This document shows, one piece after another, positions 40,900-52,566 of a DNA stretch of 64,000 nucleotides; the first letter of the stretch is position 1, and every line of letters starts with the position of its first letter. The stretch comes from Basidiobolus meristosporus CBS 931.73 (lineage: Eukaryota > Fungi > Basidiobolomycota), in contig MCFE01000506.1 of assembly GCA_002104905.1 (NCBI GenBank), positions 1,221-65,220 on the forward strand, written 5' to 3'. The position numbers and the translations under genes are program-made. Under the pieces are notes generated by a model. It worked only from the letters and a program-made list of their open reading frames with translations. It was not told the DNA's origin and made no database searches.

Positions 40900-42470
40900 T
40901 ATGTCAATGGCTCATTGGTTCAAAAGTATCCTGAAGCTCTTAGCTCCAATTGGCTCATTGACCAATACAGAGATACCTGATTTGCCATCTGATATCCCAT
41001 TTTGCTCATTGAGCCAGTAAATCCCTGATCTCAGTGATTGGACAAGCTGTCATAGCAAGCACACAACCAATTGTGTTGGTGCAAATCAGATCAAATAGCT
41101 GCACTGGTGTTACAGATGATGTATATATATGCAGGGTGCTTATTATAGGGGCTCTGTCACAAATGTGAGATGACCTTAATATTGTGTATAACAAAAATTT
41201 AGTGAACACTGATTTGCAATGGCTCAATTAGGATTGCAATAAAAATGTGTTATTTGGTTCATGACAAGTATTAACAATTCAATGCAATTGCATCATCTTC
41301 TCCTAGGTTTTTTTCTGATAGGGAATACAACTGAAGCGTTTGGTTGTGATATATTTTGCACACCTGAACTAGTTTCTTGTTGACTATAATCTTGGCTACT
41401 TGTGTACTTGTAGTCAGTATTTTGCCTTGTAGTTGATGAGTGCAATGCTGGAGCTTGGCTGTGCTAAATTGCTTCAGACAAAATGATGGAATCAGCCTGC
41501 AATGCCACTTGCTAACATGTTCTTTTACTTGCCAAAGGCTCTGGTTGTGGAGGCACTTCATGTGGGTCATCATCAGTCATTTCACCAGAAGTGACTTGCA
41601 GATGGTCAGGTGTGCCGGTATGTGCAGGTGCAACTTGATGCATTGGCATAGCCCTTGGCTGAGTTCAATGTGATGTTACATGTTGATGAAACTTGGCCTG
41701 CTCCAATGGACTTGTGTCTAAATGGGCAGTTTGGTGGGTTCTGTTAGTCTTACTCTGAAGCGCACATGTTGATCTTATGCGCATTGACTCAATGCAGGAC
41801 AAAGTTGTGAGGGGTGTTGGCATAGATTTGACTGACATGTGCCAGTGCACCAACATTGCAGGGGATGGTAAGGAATCCAGTGTGGCATGCTGGCACAATC
41901 AAGAAGCAGTTGCTTGCAGTCTGTATTCTTCCTCTTGAAGTTCACCTCCTAATACTTCAAGGTACTCACTTACACTCTGCCTGATACATCAGAACTGTTG
42001 CCTTGATGAGTCCTGTGTGTATTGCTCTTGGAAGCCACTTCACTCTACTAATATATCACATAGTACATTAGTCATTTGAGGCAAAAACTCATTCAAAATA
42101 GACTTGTTCCATCATTCTAGCTGATCATAGTGCCCAATAGTGCCATAGAGTGCCAGATGGTGTCATACAGTGCCAATTTGGGATCAAAACTGACATTCAT
42201 ATGACCGTAAAATATCAAATTAATAACAAAGTATACAGCACTTTCTGGCACTATGATCAATGGCACAATGGAACAAGCCTAATCCCTTTGGTTCCCAAAA
42301 CTGAGGCACAAACAAATACATCCAGCCCATACTGTGCAAATTGAACGCAGAATTGTTTGTGCACAGCTTCCTCATCAAGTCCCCTCACTCTCAGCTCATT
42401 CTTGACTTAATACTTGTCTTGTTGTATATCTTTTTACATACATCCACTGGCATCTTGATGTAGAACTCAT
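40900..42470 (-). pseudogene. Accessory ORF of the PHIS-like element, interrupted by a MITE
   Basis: Homologous to 33-~1600. ATG at 42470. The 3' limit is approximate. Confidence 0.6.
42100..42280. mobile_element. 181-bp MITE of the AGACTTGTT family
   Basis: AGACTTGTTCC...GGAACAAGCCT, TSD AAT on both sides, repeated AGTGCC/GGCACT motifs. Empty site visible at ~220-230 in the other PHIS copy. Confidence 0.9.
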
Positions 42471-43099
42471 GCCAGAGCTTTCTACTCAGATTCTTTCATT
42501 TCTGCCAACTCTCTGTGGTATCCAGCTCTACTAGATTAATGAGTAGTGACCATATATTGGTATGAAGGCTCATCATAGACACTTGGACCATACTAAAATC
42601 ATTTGGCAAGAACTTAAATGGATCTGTCAGTACCTTTCTGGTCCAGACTGTGCTTGTGAGCTGGGGGATGGGTTTTGTCTGGGATGTACTAAGTATGAGT
42701 TGAGACTTGGTATAGGGACCATATAGATGGATCTAGATTCTAATACAGAAATATATTGGCATCAACCTGGTCTTGTATGAAATTTATATGAAAACTAATA
42801 TGATTGTTGAATTTTCCATACATTATGCATAGTGCATGTTGGATTGCATTGACATGGATCAGATCACATCATTGCAGATTTCTTATTTGATTATAGACTT
42901 GTGAGTATATTATCAATAAAGCCACCAAGTCATTGTTTTAGGATGATTTTTGCAACATAATGTTGGGATTCATGTCAATTCATGAAGATTTAATCACAAT
43001 ACATGGAAATAGATAAATTAAGCTGATTGCACCAAACCAGTTTTAACACCTCTACTCAATCATGGACCAAATTTTATGACTTACTCATCTGAATGGTCT

Positions 43100-43831
43100 T
43101 TTCTCATCAGTCCCTTCACTACAGCTGGATATCCTTTTGATACATTAGAAGAGATATATACCAAGTATTATGAACCATCTAGCCCAATCTGATCAAGGAG
43201 ATCCCCTGTTAAGCTTCTCTGCTATTAAAAGAGCTATTGCCCTACATGTATTCAATCAACCATTGATGGCAACAGAAATACTGGAGGTTTTCATTCTCAG
43301 CTGACAGCAATGAAAATCACCTTGCAGAGGGCATCAATGACCTGGAGCAAGCCTGGAATACTAGGCTCAGAAGCACCAATGGACTTCCATATCTCACAGT
43401 GTTCAGCCACAGGTTCCCTATCAGGAGTGTTTAGGATACCTTCCCAGTCAGGATTAACAGGCCTTCTAGAGGGCAGAGTCACTTTTATTCTGGCAAATTC
43501 AAGGCACACTGCATGAAGTTTCAAGTACTGTAACATCATCTGGTTTAGTGGGTGATTTGTTGGAAGTAGGCATGGCAATGCACTGTAGGTAGAGAATCAT
43601 CCAGGATTCAGTAGAGGGGAGAAGTGTAGGGCAGATTTAGCTTATATGGGAGAGGATTGTCTGAGATTAGGATGCATTACAGCTCATAGGAAGCTAAGGA
43701 ATGGAGTGCTTAGCAGGAAGCAGAAGCTCTACAATGAGATATTTAATCATCTCAGAGTGAGAGTAGAGCATACATCTGCATATGTAAAGAGATTCAGCAT
43801 ACTAGCAGGTAAATACAGAGGAAAGTTATGA
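43100..43831 (+). pseudogene. DDE_Tnp_4 (IS5/Harbinger-like) transposase remnant
   Basis: Across frames: DTFPVRINRPSRGQSHFYSGKFKAHCMKFQV, then GSRH, ADLAYMG, and LSRKQKLYNEIFNHLRVRVEHTSAYVKRFSILAGKYRG. The start position is approximate. Confidence 0.8.
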
Positions 43832-46800
43832 ACTGGAGAAAACAGCAGAATAGGTAAAATAGTCAGAATGCTTATTGACGCACAGTATATTCATAAAAGA
43901 AGACATCCACCAAGAGAAATGTGTCTGAATCTTTATGAAGAGTAAATAAAGCACAAAAAGCACTGTTCTGAGTAACATAAGTAAGATTGATTAGAGTTAC
44001 CAGTGACTGTATCTTACCACTGGCATAATGGTAGGCATAAGAGTGCTATATCAATCTGGCACTATAAACAGGCTAGCACTATGTGGCACTATCCAGCCAA
44101 ACAAGTCAAATATATTCCTTCTCCCTGCTGGATTATAGTCCCCCTTATTGGAGCACTCCAGCTCTTGTTTGTGTGAATTCTGTCTTGAATGGTATAGAAA
44201 TTGGCTTGCAATCAAGAGAAATCTGGCATACCTTGTAGGGTTTTCTAATAAAATTTTTGTTGCTTGTTGCACCCAACCTAACATTGCTTTACTTAACCAA
44301 CTACCCAGGCATTGGGACTGCTTAAATTCATTATTCCATAGGCATAGGTGTCTCCATGTGCACATCTGTCCTCAGAATTTTCCAGCTCTTGATGGCTGTA
44401 CTGCATTTGCCAACTGATCACATCCATGATTGGCTTGAAGGTAATATTCTTAATGAGATTAGGATATGGTAGTACTTGCAACTTGACTTACCTTCCTGTC
44501 TCCCCACATTTCTGCTCTATAGGAAACTCCCTAAAGGTGAAGCAAGGCTACTATTCTCAACACATCAAGCAAGATGGAATAGCAGAAGGATACAGTTGCT
44601 GCAGAGATCTACATGTTCAGCTTTATATTTGTAGTACAGCTGGTAAATTCTGTCACAAACTCCTTGCGCAAAAACTATACAGGTGTCAAGTTGGCATTGG
44701 TGACCCGCTTCTGGATAAATATTCCTATAACATTGACATATGACTCCAAATGCTTCTAATATACTCTTGAAAGAAATAGCTTCAGAAGGCTACTTGTATA
44801 AATACATATCTAGTTCATCCAGTCCTTGCACTTGAATTATTGCATATGTGTACAATTGTTGATTGGAGCCTGTGAGAAGTACTAAGGGTAGCAGATACCC
44901 TACAATATCTTGCAGTTCTTTCCAATTTCTCCAATATCTCCTAGGTCACATTTAGCTTCAAATGCTCCATGTACAACTTGGTCATCTGTATGTGGATTTT
45001 GCTTAGAAGCAAATGAATTGCTCCCGGTGGAAAGCATTTGCTCCAACAGATACCCTCTATCTTAAGCAACTCTGAATTCCATTAATTACATATTCTGGTT
45101 GATGGCTATAGCTTGCCGACTTTGTTGCAACTACAGATTATCTTCTGTATATTCTCTGAGCAGGAAGACAATGTCCTAGTGTTAATGTTGGCCAATAATA
45201 ATGTGGGTGTTTTATGGAGTAAGTCCCCTGGATCTCACTGATGGAGATCCCACTGACAGACAAGTCTACAACATCAAGAACTCAAAAGACTATCACAATG
45301 CCTTTGGTGGAATTTTGGAATATCAATAGGCACACCAAGGGGTTGCATCACTTCTTCAAGAGCAGTGCTCAAGAATACACACTTGAAATTGCAAGGACCT
45401 GTTGCAATGACTGGAAGATGAGATGCTAGACCTTGCAGTGATGGCTGAAGACCAGGATGTGTGGGAACCAGTGCATGAGCAGTGGCATAAAGCTCTTGGG
45501 TTCCCACCAAAGTCATGGAATCAGAGTATTACAGCAGAAATACTTTCTGAGTGGTGGATTTTAATGGAGGTACTTGCTGAGTGTGGTGTTGGGCTTAATG
45601 TCAGTGTAGGGTACAGGGACTTGTATAGGTCAATATAATTAGCTATTGAGGTATAACTGAAGTTTTAACAGAAATAAACAACTTGCTTGCATGAAAAATA
45701 AGAGAATTGGTTGGGTCAGGTAGTAAGGAGTGTGAAAAAGAGGCAATAACCAATCAATGCACACAAATGTAGGAGGTGAAAGAGTGTCTGGGATCAGAAC
45801 GCAAGAAAATTGGCAGAGAACTAATTAAAAGCCACTTTTGTATTGTTGTGATGAAAAATTTTGACCAAGTTTTTTATGATATCTTGGGTGCAATTATTTT
45901 TTGACACTCTTTGCATAGTGTCCTGGTGGAATCATTACCTCTTAGTAATGGGAATTGGAATCTGTGACAGCCTTTTGAAGGGATCATCACAATAATTTTT
46001 CATAGACAAAGTATTTCTCACAGGCTCCAAGCAATATTGATATCTATATGCAACAATACAAACACAAGGATTGGATGGACTGGATGAATATTTATTCAAG
46101 TGGCCTTCTGAAGCAATTTCTTAGTAGCAACTGAGTTCTGTTTGATTGGATACCTTCAGCTCCTTAGACAGGCAGGCTTTAGTCTCCTCCAATATTTCTA
46201 AGTTATTGGCAGCAATAATAAGTTCATCCATGTGGAGAGCTAATAGACCTGAATCTGTTCTATCTAGCTTATTGTATATACTATAGTCTACAGTACTCCC
46301 TTAGGAACCCAAAGATTCCATATATGAATCCATCTTGCCATTCTAGGCATTTGGTGATTGTTTGAGTCTATTTAGGGACTTTTTAAGCTTACAGACATAA
46401 TGGGAGCTATCCTGGTCAAAAAACCCATCAGGCTGGTCCATGTACCCATCCCAGCAAGTTTCCCTGTCAAAGATGCAATCTTTACATCCATTTGATGACT
46501 GAAAAGCCTATATTTACCTGTAATATACCCTATGATAAACTATTGAGATGATCCCATCAAAAGGCCATCACAAAGTTAGAGTCTTGTGATTAAGAGGTAC
46601 TGATCTTGTCAGGACACTGTCCAGAGACCATTGAAAAATAATTGTACCCCAGATTTCACAAAAAACTTAGTCAAAATTTTTCATCATGACAATGTAAAAT
46701 GGCTTTTGATTGGTTCCCAGCCAATTTGCTCACTTTCTGATCTCAGACACTCTCTTGCCTCCTATGTTTGTGTGAATTGACTGGCTATTGCCGCTTTGTA

Positions 46801-46856
46801 CACTCCTTACTTCCTGACTCAACTGTTTCTCTTACTTTTCATGTGTACAATTTGAT

Positions 46857-49658
46857 TTATTTCTGTTGAAACTTCAGTTGTACCTCAACTGTCAATTGTA
46901 TTGACCTACACAAGTTGCTACACCCTACACTAACATTAAGCCCAACCCCACACTCAACAAGTAACTCCATTAATATCCACCACTCAATAAGTATCTCTAC
47001 TGTAATGCTCTGGTTCCATGACTTTGGCAGAAACCCAATGGCTTTATGCCACTTTTCATTCACTGGTTCCCACATGACCTGGTCTTCAGCTGGCACTTCA
47101 AGGTCTAGCACCTCATTTGCCAGTCTTTGCAATAAATCCTTGCAATATTCCAGTGTGTTTTCTTGAGCACTGCTCTTGAAGGAGTACTGCAACCTCTTTG
47201 TGTGCCTATTAATGTTCCAAAACTCCACTGAAGGCATTGTGATAGTCTTTTGAGCTCCTGAAGTTGTAGTCTTGTATGTCAGTGGGATCTCCACTCTGTC
47301 AACAATGGAGGCTGTGGAGGCTGTGGTAGACAAATTGCCTTTTTCAGCAAACTCATCTATCTTGCTGGAGTGTATCTCAACTGGCTGTGCTTCCAACTCA
47401 TGTGAAAACAGCTGTTTTCTGGTTGGTATTCTTCTTGGTTATGATGGATTCAGTCTGTTCCTGGCTTGCGGTGTTAATTGGCAAGAACTGCAGTTTTTTT
47501 GCGTGCCTCTCTGTCTCAGGCTTGGGTAGACATTTTTCCCTTCACCTTTACCTTTATCACTGCCAGGGCTTTCACTGCTACTTTGTCTGAGTACTTCTTG
47601 TAAAGAACTATGTTTTCTCCTGGATAATTTCTGCTCTGACATATCTGTTTTGGCCTGCTTCTCCATTGCTGTCACTCTTCTGGCAACATGACATTTCTTT
47701 TCAGCTTGTTTTGAGCTCCCAACTGTAGTTGTGACGGTCTCCTGCAAAGCGGCTGGCTTTTATCACAGCCAGGTCCTTCACAGCTACTTTGACTGGGTGC
47801 TTCTTGAGTTGTACTACGCTTGTTCCTTGATAAATGTTGAGCTGGTGCATCCATGTCTGCCTGCTTGTCCCTAATTGGCACTCTTCCAGCTGCCTGACAT
47901 CTCTTTGACACTTGTCTGGAGCTTTCAGCCCTGCTTGTAATGTGCTCTTGAAAAAGCCGCTGGCTTTTAGCCATGGCACCCTTGTTCTTCTGCCTTTGAT
48001 AGTTTCTGCTATTCTTAAGATACTTTCTTAGCATACCAATGCTGGCCCAAAATCTGCTTGCCTATTTGAATCCAGGATATTAGACTTGTTCCATTGGATA
48101 GTGCCACATTGAGCCATGAGTGCCAAATGATGCCATAGTGTGCCAGAGAGGCCAAGTGAGCCTCTACCTGGCCACAGAGTGTGAAACATAGCTCTGCATC
48201 TTCATTCAAAGCAGCCCCTGTGTTTCACCCATTGTGTTGGAGAAATTCCATTTTTTGACCTTTTTTTTGGATCAATGTTGTGCAGGATGTGTTAGAGCAC
48301 AAGCAGATTGAAGATATGCATCTGGTGCTCAATACCCATGGCACTCTGAATCTAGCTCCTGTAGCTTGTATCATGTCACAAAAATGAATGGCACTATCTT
48401 GGTCCACTGGTACTATCTGGCACTATATTTAAATATTAGCCCTAAAGTAAGATCTATACAAAGCACTTAAAGTGCCAGATAGTACCAGTGGACCAAGATA
48501 GTGCCATTCATTTTTGTGACATGATACAAGCTACAGGAGCTAGAATCAGAGTGCCATGGGTATTGAGTACTAGATGCATATCTTCAGTTCTCCTGTGCTC
48601 TTACACATCCTGAGCTACATTGATCCACAAAAAAAGGTCAAAAAATGGATTTTCTCCTGCGCAATGGGTGAAACACAGGGGCTGCTTTACATGAAGATGC
48701 AGAGCTATGTTTCACACTCTGTGGCCAGGTATAGGCTCACTTGACCTCTCTGGCACACTATGGCATCATTTGGCACTCATTGCTCAATGTGGCACTATCC
48801 AACAGAACAAGTCTAATGCTCATGGAACAAGTCAAGTGCATTCTGCTTGGCCTTGAGTTCCTGATGGTCCCATGGTATGCCAGCCTTAAGGTGATGGTGT
48901 GCTAGACTTCTGATGGCCTCTTGTATATTAGCCCACTCTTCATTATTGCACTCAATGGCTTCATGGATTTTCAATGTCTTTTGATTTTTAGGCTTTGGTA
49001 TAAACACCACATTGTCTCTCTCCCATGCTGTGATGGGTTTTTCTGTGGGCTTTATCTTTGGGCACTGTTGTTTTGCTTCAAAGACTGTATGGTGTTCCTC
49101 TGCTGTTACATTGGGAAATGGCTCAACTCTTGGCTGTGACATTGAGCTACTTGAGTTCCTTCTTTGCAGCAAAGATACTGCTTTCTCCACCTGGGATATT
49201 GACTGCTCTACACATTTTATCTGCTCATCCTGTTTCTGGACTATTTCCTGATTTCCCTGGGCCATTGCATCTATCCTATCAGCCACTGCACTTAATTGTT
49301 TCATTAATGCTTTGGTACAAGCTGACAACATACTTGCTAATATGGGTGGTGGTGATGTTATCATGGTCACTTGCTGATCTTCAACTGAGGGTACTGCGTT
49401 TGCTACATTCTCATCTGCTTGCGCATAATGGTCAGCTTGTGGCTCCACAGAGATTCTCAATTGCCTACTTGACTGAGGGCCTGGGGAGTCTGCATTATTA
49501 CCTTCAATGGGCACACTGTCCACAGGGCCTTTTTTGCATGTAGCCCTGCTTATTGCACTGAATGTCAAAGCAAGCTGTTGTCCAACTGTTCTTCTGTTGC
49601 CATCAGCAGTGAGATTTGGTTGAGAACCAGACAGCTTTGCTTTATTTTTTGGCGGCAT
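46857..49658 (-). pseudogene. CACTA ORF1 (accessory protein of unknown function, ~690 aa after removing the MITE)
   Basis: ORF pieces 48813-49658, 47672-48034, 47439-47747 and 46857-47396 are colinear with fragments in copies B, C, E and at 9610-11100. Coiled-coil-like segment; conserved FWASIGMLRKYL and EFWNINRH motifs. Confidence 0.72.
48082..48814. mobile_element. 733-bp foldback MITE inserted in CACTA ORF1
   Basis: Arms 48082-48424 and 48471-48814, 46-nt loop in the opposite orientation to the 37-kb copy. Flanks ATT/AAT; empty site CCAGGAT-AAT-GCTC at ~32885. Confidence 0.93.
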
Positions 49659-49879
49659 ATATATGGAAGTGAGTCAAACCAAAGGGGAAATAGTGTTACA
49701 TATACATGTGTATGTGGTGCAACAACTTTATTTATAATGCTTACTATGGCAGGTCATCATTGAATCTTACCTTCATGTAGGTGCAATGTCTCAAGTACAA
49801 GACTGTCTTAAGTTCACATGAGTATTGACCAAAAGTGATATAATAGTGTTACATTGCTGAAGGTCAAACTGTTTGCCCC

Positions 49880-52566
49880 ATGGACAAGACTACTTTGACT
49901 CAATGCTGTAAGAGAAGAGAAAAAAGACCATGTGGCTATTGTGGCAAGCCTCTCAGCCATGATGCATGTAGACAGTATAGGAAGTATTACAAGGATCATG
50001 GCCAGTGTTTTGCTACCCAAGTTATATTTGACCATTCATTGGCTACTACTGTACTAATATTATCTGGCTGGTCAGTTGATACTTCTATATCAGCACCTGG
50101 CTGTCTTTGTCACCTTGCACAAACTAAGTCAGGTGAGTTTATGACACCTTTAGGCTCACCTCAGCCTTCTGAATTCAGCACACAGAGTGATAGCTCTGAC
50201 AAAGAAGGTTCACTGATGGATTTGTGCCTATCTCCCCTAACAACAGTACCACATATGAGGCTGGTCAAATCCCTATATGCAATGTGACAACACCCATTGA
50301 AACAAATGCCAAGGATACTTTATGGAGCCAAGTGAGCCCAGTAATCCATCTACTGGTGAATAATGTAATGTTGTGGCTAGAGAAGTGGCACATTTCCACT
50401 AATATCAGTGATGGGGGCTTTGTGGATTTATTACTACTTCTTGCCAAAATCATTCCAGGATGTAACTTACCATGTACAAGGTACAAGTGGACAACCATCA
50501 TGCAGCTGGCAACATATGATCCAGAGATTGTCCTGATTCCAGCATGTGTCAACAGTTGCGTGGCATTCACATCCAAAAATGCTACCATTGCAATGTGTCC
50601 AAATTGTCAGGAATCCACCACCATTGAGGGAAAAGATTGTTCTCACTCCAGATATATTCCAGTCATACCCCATCTGAGGAAGCTGGTGCAGTCCAACAAA
50701 TATTGCAAAGCTGTACAGTACCACACTCAGTATCGATCAAGCACAAACATATCCAATATATTTGATGGCAAACATTGCAAACAGCTAAGAAGTAAGGGCT
50801 ACTTTGAAGGTATGTATGACCATGCCTTTGCTTTAGCACTTAATGGATTCTCAATAAACAAGTACTCTACCAGCAAATCCTGCTGGCCACTGATTCTCAT
50901 CAATCTGAATCTGTTACCCATCTTACAGTATCAGAGCAATAATCTGATGGTAGTCCCACTGGTATCTGGGCCTAAACCATCACCCAACCTGGATAGCTAC
51001 CTGTATCCATTACTGGATGAATTTTGTATGCTTTCCAGCATGTAACAGTAAGTGGCTGTCATGTAAGAGCACATATTATTATCTGCATTGGAGATGCCCC
51101 AGCCATCAGTAAGATAGCAGGTTCTCCCAGGCACAATGGACGGTATTGCTGTTAAATGTATGAGATCCAGGGTATTTACTCCATAACTCACACACACTAT
51201 TATTACCCAAATACTAGCACTAAGAACATCATTTTTCCACAGAGAGAATGTACAGAAGTAAGCATGCAATTACAGCAAAGTTGGCAAGCTATAAGTCATC
51301 AGCCAGAATATGGAATCAATTGGAAACCAGATACTTAAGATAGAGGGTATCCATTGGGGTAAAAGCTTTCCACTGGGAGCAATGCATTTGCTTTTCAACA
51401 ATATCCCTATACAGACAACCAGTTGTACATGGTGCATTTCAAGCTAAATGAGCCCTTTGAGATACTGGAGAAACTTGAAAGAATTGGCAAGATATTACAG
51501 AGTATCCACTACCCTAAGTACTTCTCACAGGCTCCAATTAATATTCATATGCATATGCATCAATACAAAAGCAAAGACTGGATGAGCTGGATATGTATTT
51601 ATTCAAGTGGTGTTCTGAAGCCATTCCTACTAAGAGTACATTAGAAGCATTGGGAGTCATATGTGGACATTGTAGGAATATTTATCCAGAAGCAGATCAC
51701 CAATGCCAACTTGATGCATCTACAGCTGTTGTGTGAGGAGTTTGTGACAGGATTTGAGTGGCTATACTACAAACATAAAGCTGAATGTGTAGATCTCTGC
51801 CACTACTGGATCTATACTCTACTCCATCTTGCACTGTGTGTGGAGAACATCAGGCCTTGCTTGACCTTTTGGAAGTTTCCTATAGAGAGGATGTGTGTGG
51901 AGATAGGAAGACAAGTCAGGTCACAGGTACTACCATATCCCAATCTCATCAAGAATATTACCTTCAAGTCCATCATTGATGTGTTGAGTTGGCACATGGA
52001 GGACAGCCAGAAAGAGTTGGAAAATACTGAGGACAAATGTGCACATGGAGACACCTATACCCATGGCATTAAGAAGCTAAGCAGCCCCAATACATGGGTA
52101 ATTAGTTAAGTAATGAAAAGTTGGGTTGGGTGCAACAAGCAACTAATTTCTATCAGGAAAACTCCACCATGATTTGCCAAATTTCTCATGGTCACAAGCC
52201 AACTTCTACACCATTCAATAGGGAATTCACACAAACAAAAGCCAGAGTGCACCTATAAGGGGGACTAGAATCCAGCAAGGAGAAGGAATATATTGGATAA
52301 ATACCAAGAAGTTCATTGCAGATATTCAGGAGGTGTTCATGGCAGAAGTGGCAACAACCAAGCATACATTTGCAAGATGTATATGTTACCAGCAGTACAA
52401 GGTATATTGCAACTTTTCAAGTATCACACTAAAAAGCCAAAAAGTTGAGGTGATAGAAGTATGTCAATTGTGGCAGGTGTGTGCGTTTGTAGAGGTTAGT
52501 AAGCAGGTGGCCATAGTTTTTTTTGATTCAAACTATATTTGGAATACCCAAGGTAGTAGTGGGTAA
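49880..52566 (+). pseudogene. CACTA (Transposase_21/TnpD-like) transposase, copy D
   Basis: N-terminal CGYC, C-x2-C (MCPNC), WPLILINLNL, SGPKPSPNLDSYLYPLLDE, IGDAPA, LLHLALCVENIRPCLTFWKFPIERMC. Stops and frameshifts present. Confidence 0.88.

Larger units (their letters stand above)
40554..44108 (+). mobile_element. PHIS-superfamily (Pangu-like) DNA transposon, two divergent ORFs, degenerate
   Basis: Ends AGACTTGGTCC (40554) and AAACAAGTCA (44108), TSD AAT on both sides (40551-40553 and 44109-44111). The flanks rejoin into contiguous CACTA sequence. A DDE_Tnp_4-like transposase lies inside. Confidence 0.85.
39801..46007 (-). mobile_element. CACTA copy F (large internal deletion; hosts the PHIS element)
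   Basis: Right-type terminus CCCTTTGAAAAC at 39801, transposase C-terminus on minus (44112-45240) fused to the ORF1 3' end, left-type terminus TTTTTCATAGAC ending at 46007. No TSD recovered. Confidence 0.7.

Noticed and set aside
43297-43578. Minus-strand 93-aa ORF as a separate insertion in the PHIS transposase
   Set aside because: The plus strand here encodes the RP...Q..FYSGK.K.H transposase core, so there is no insertion.
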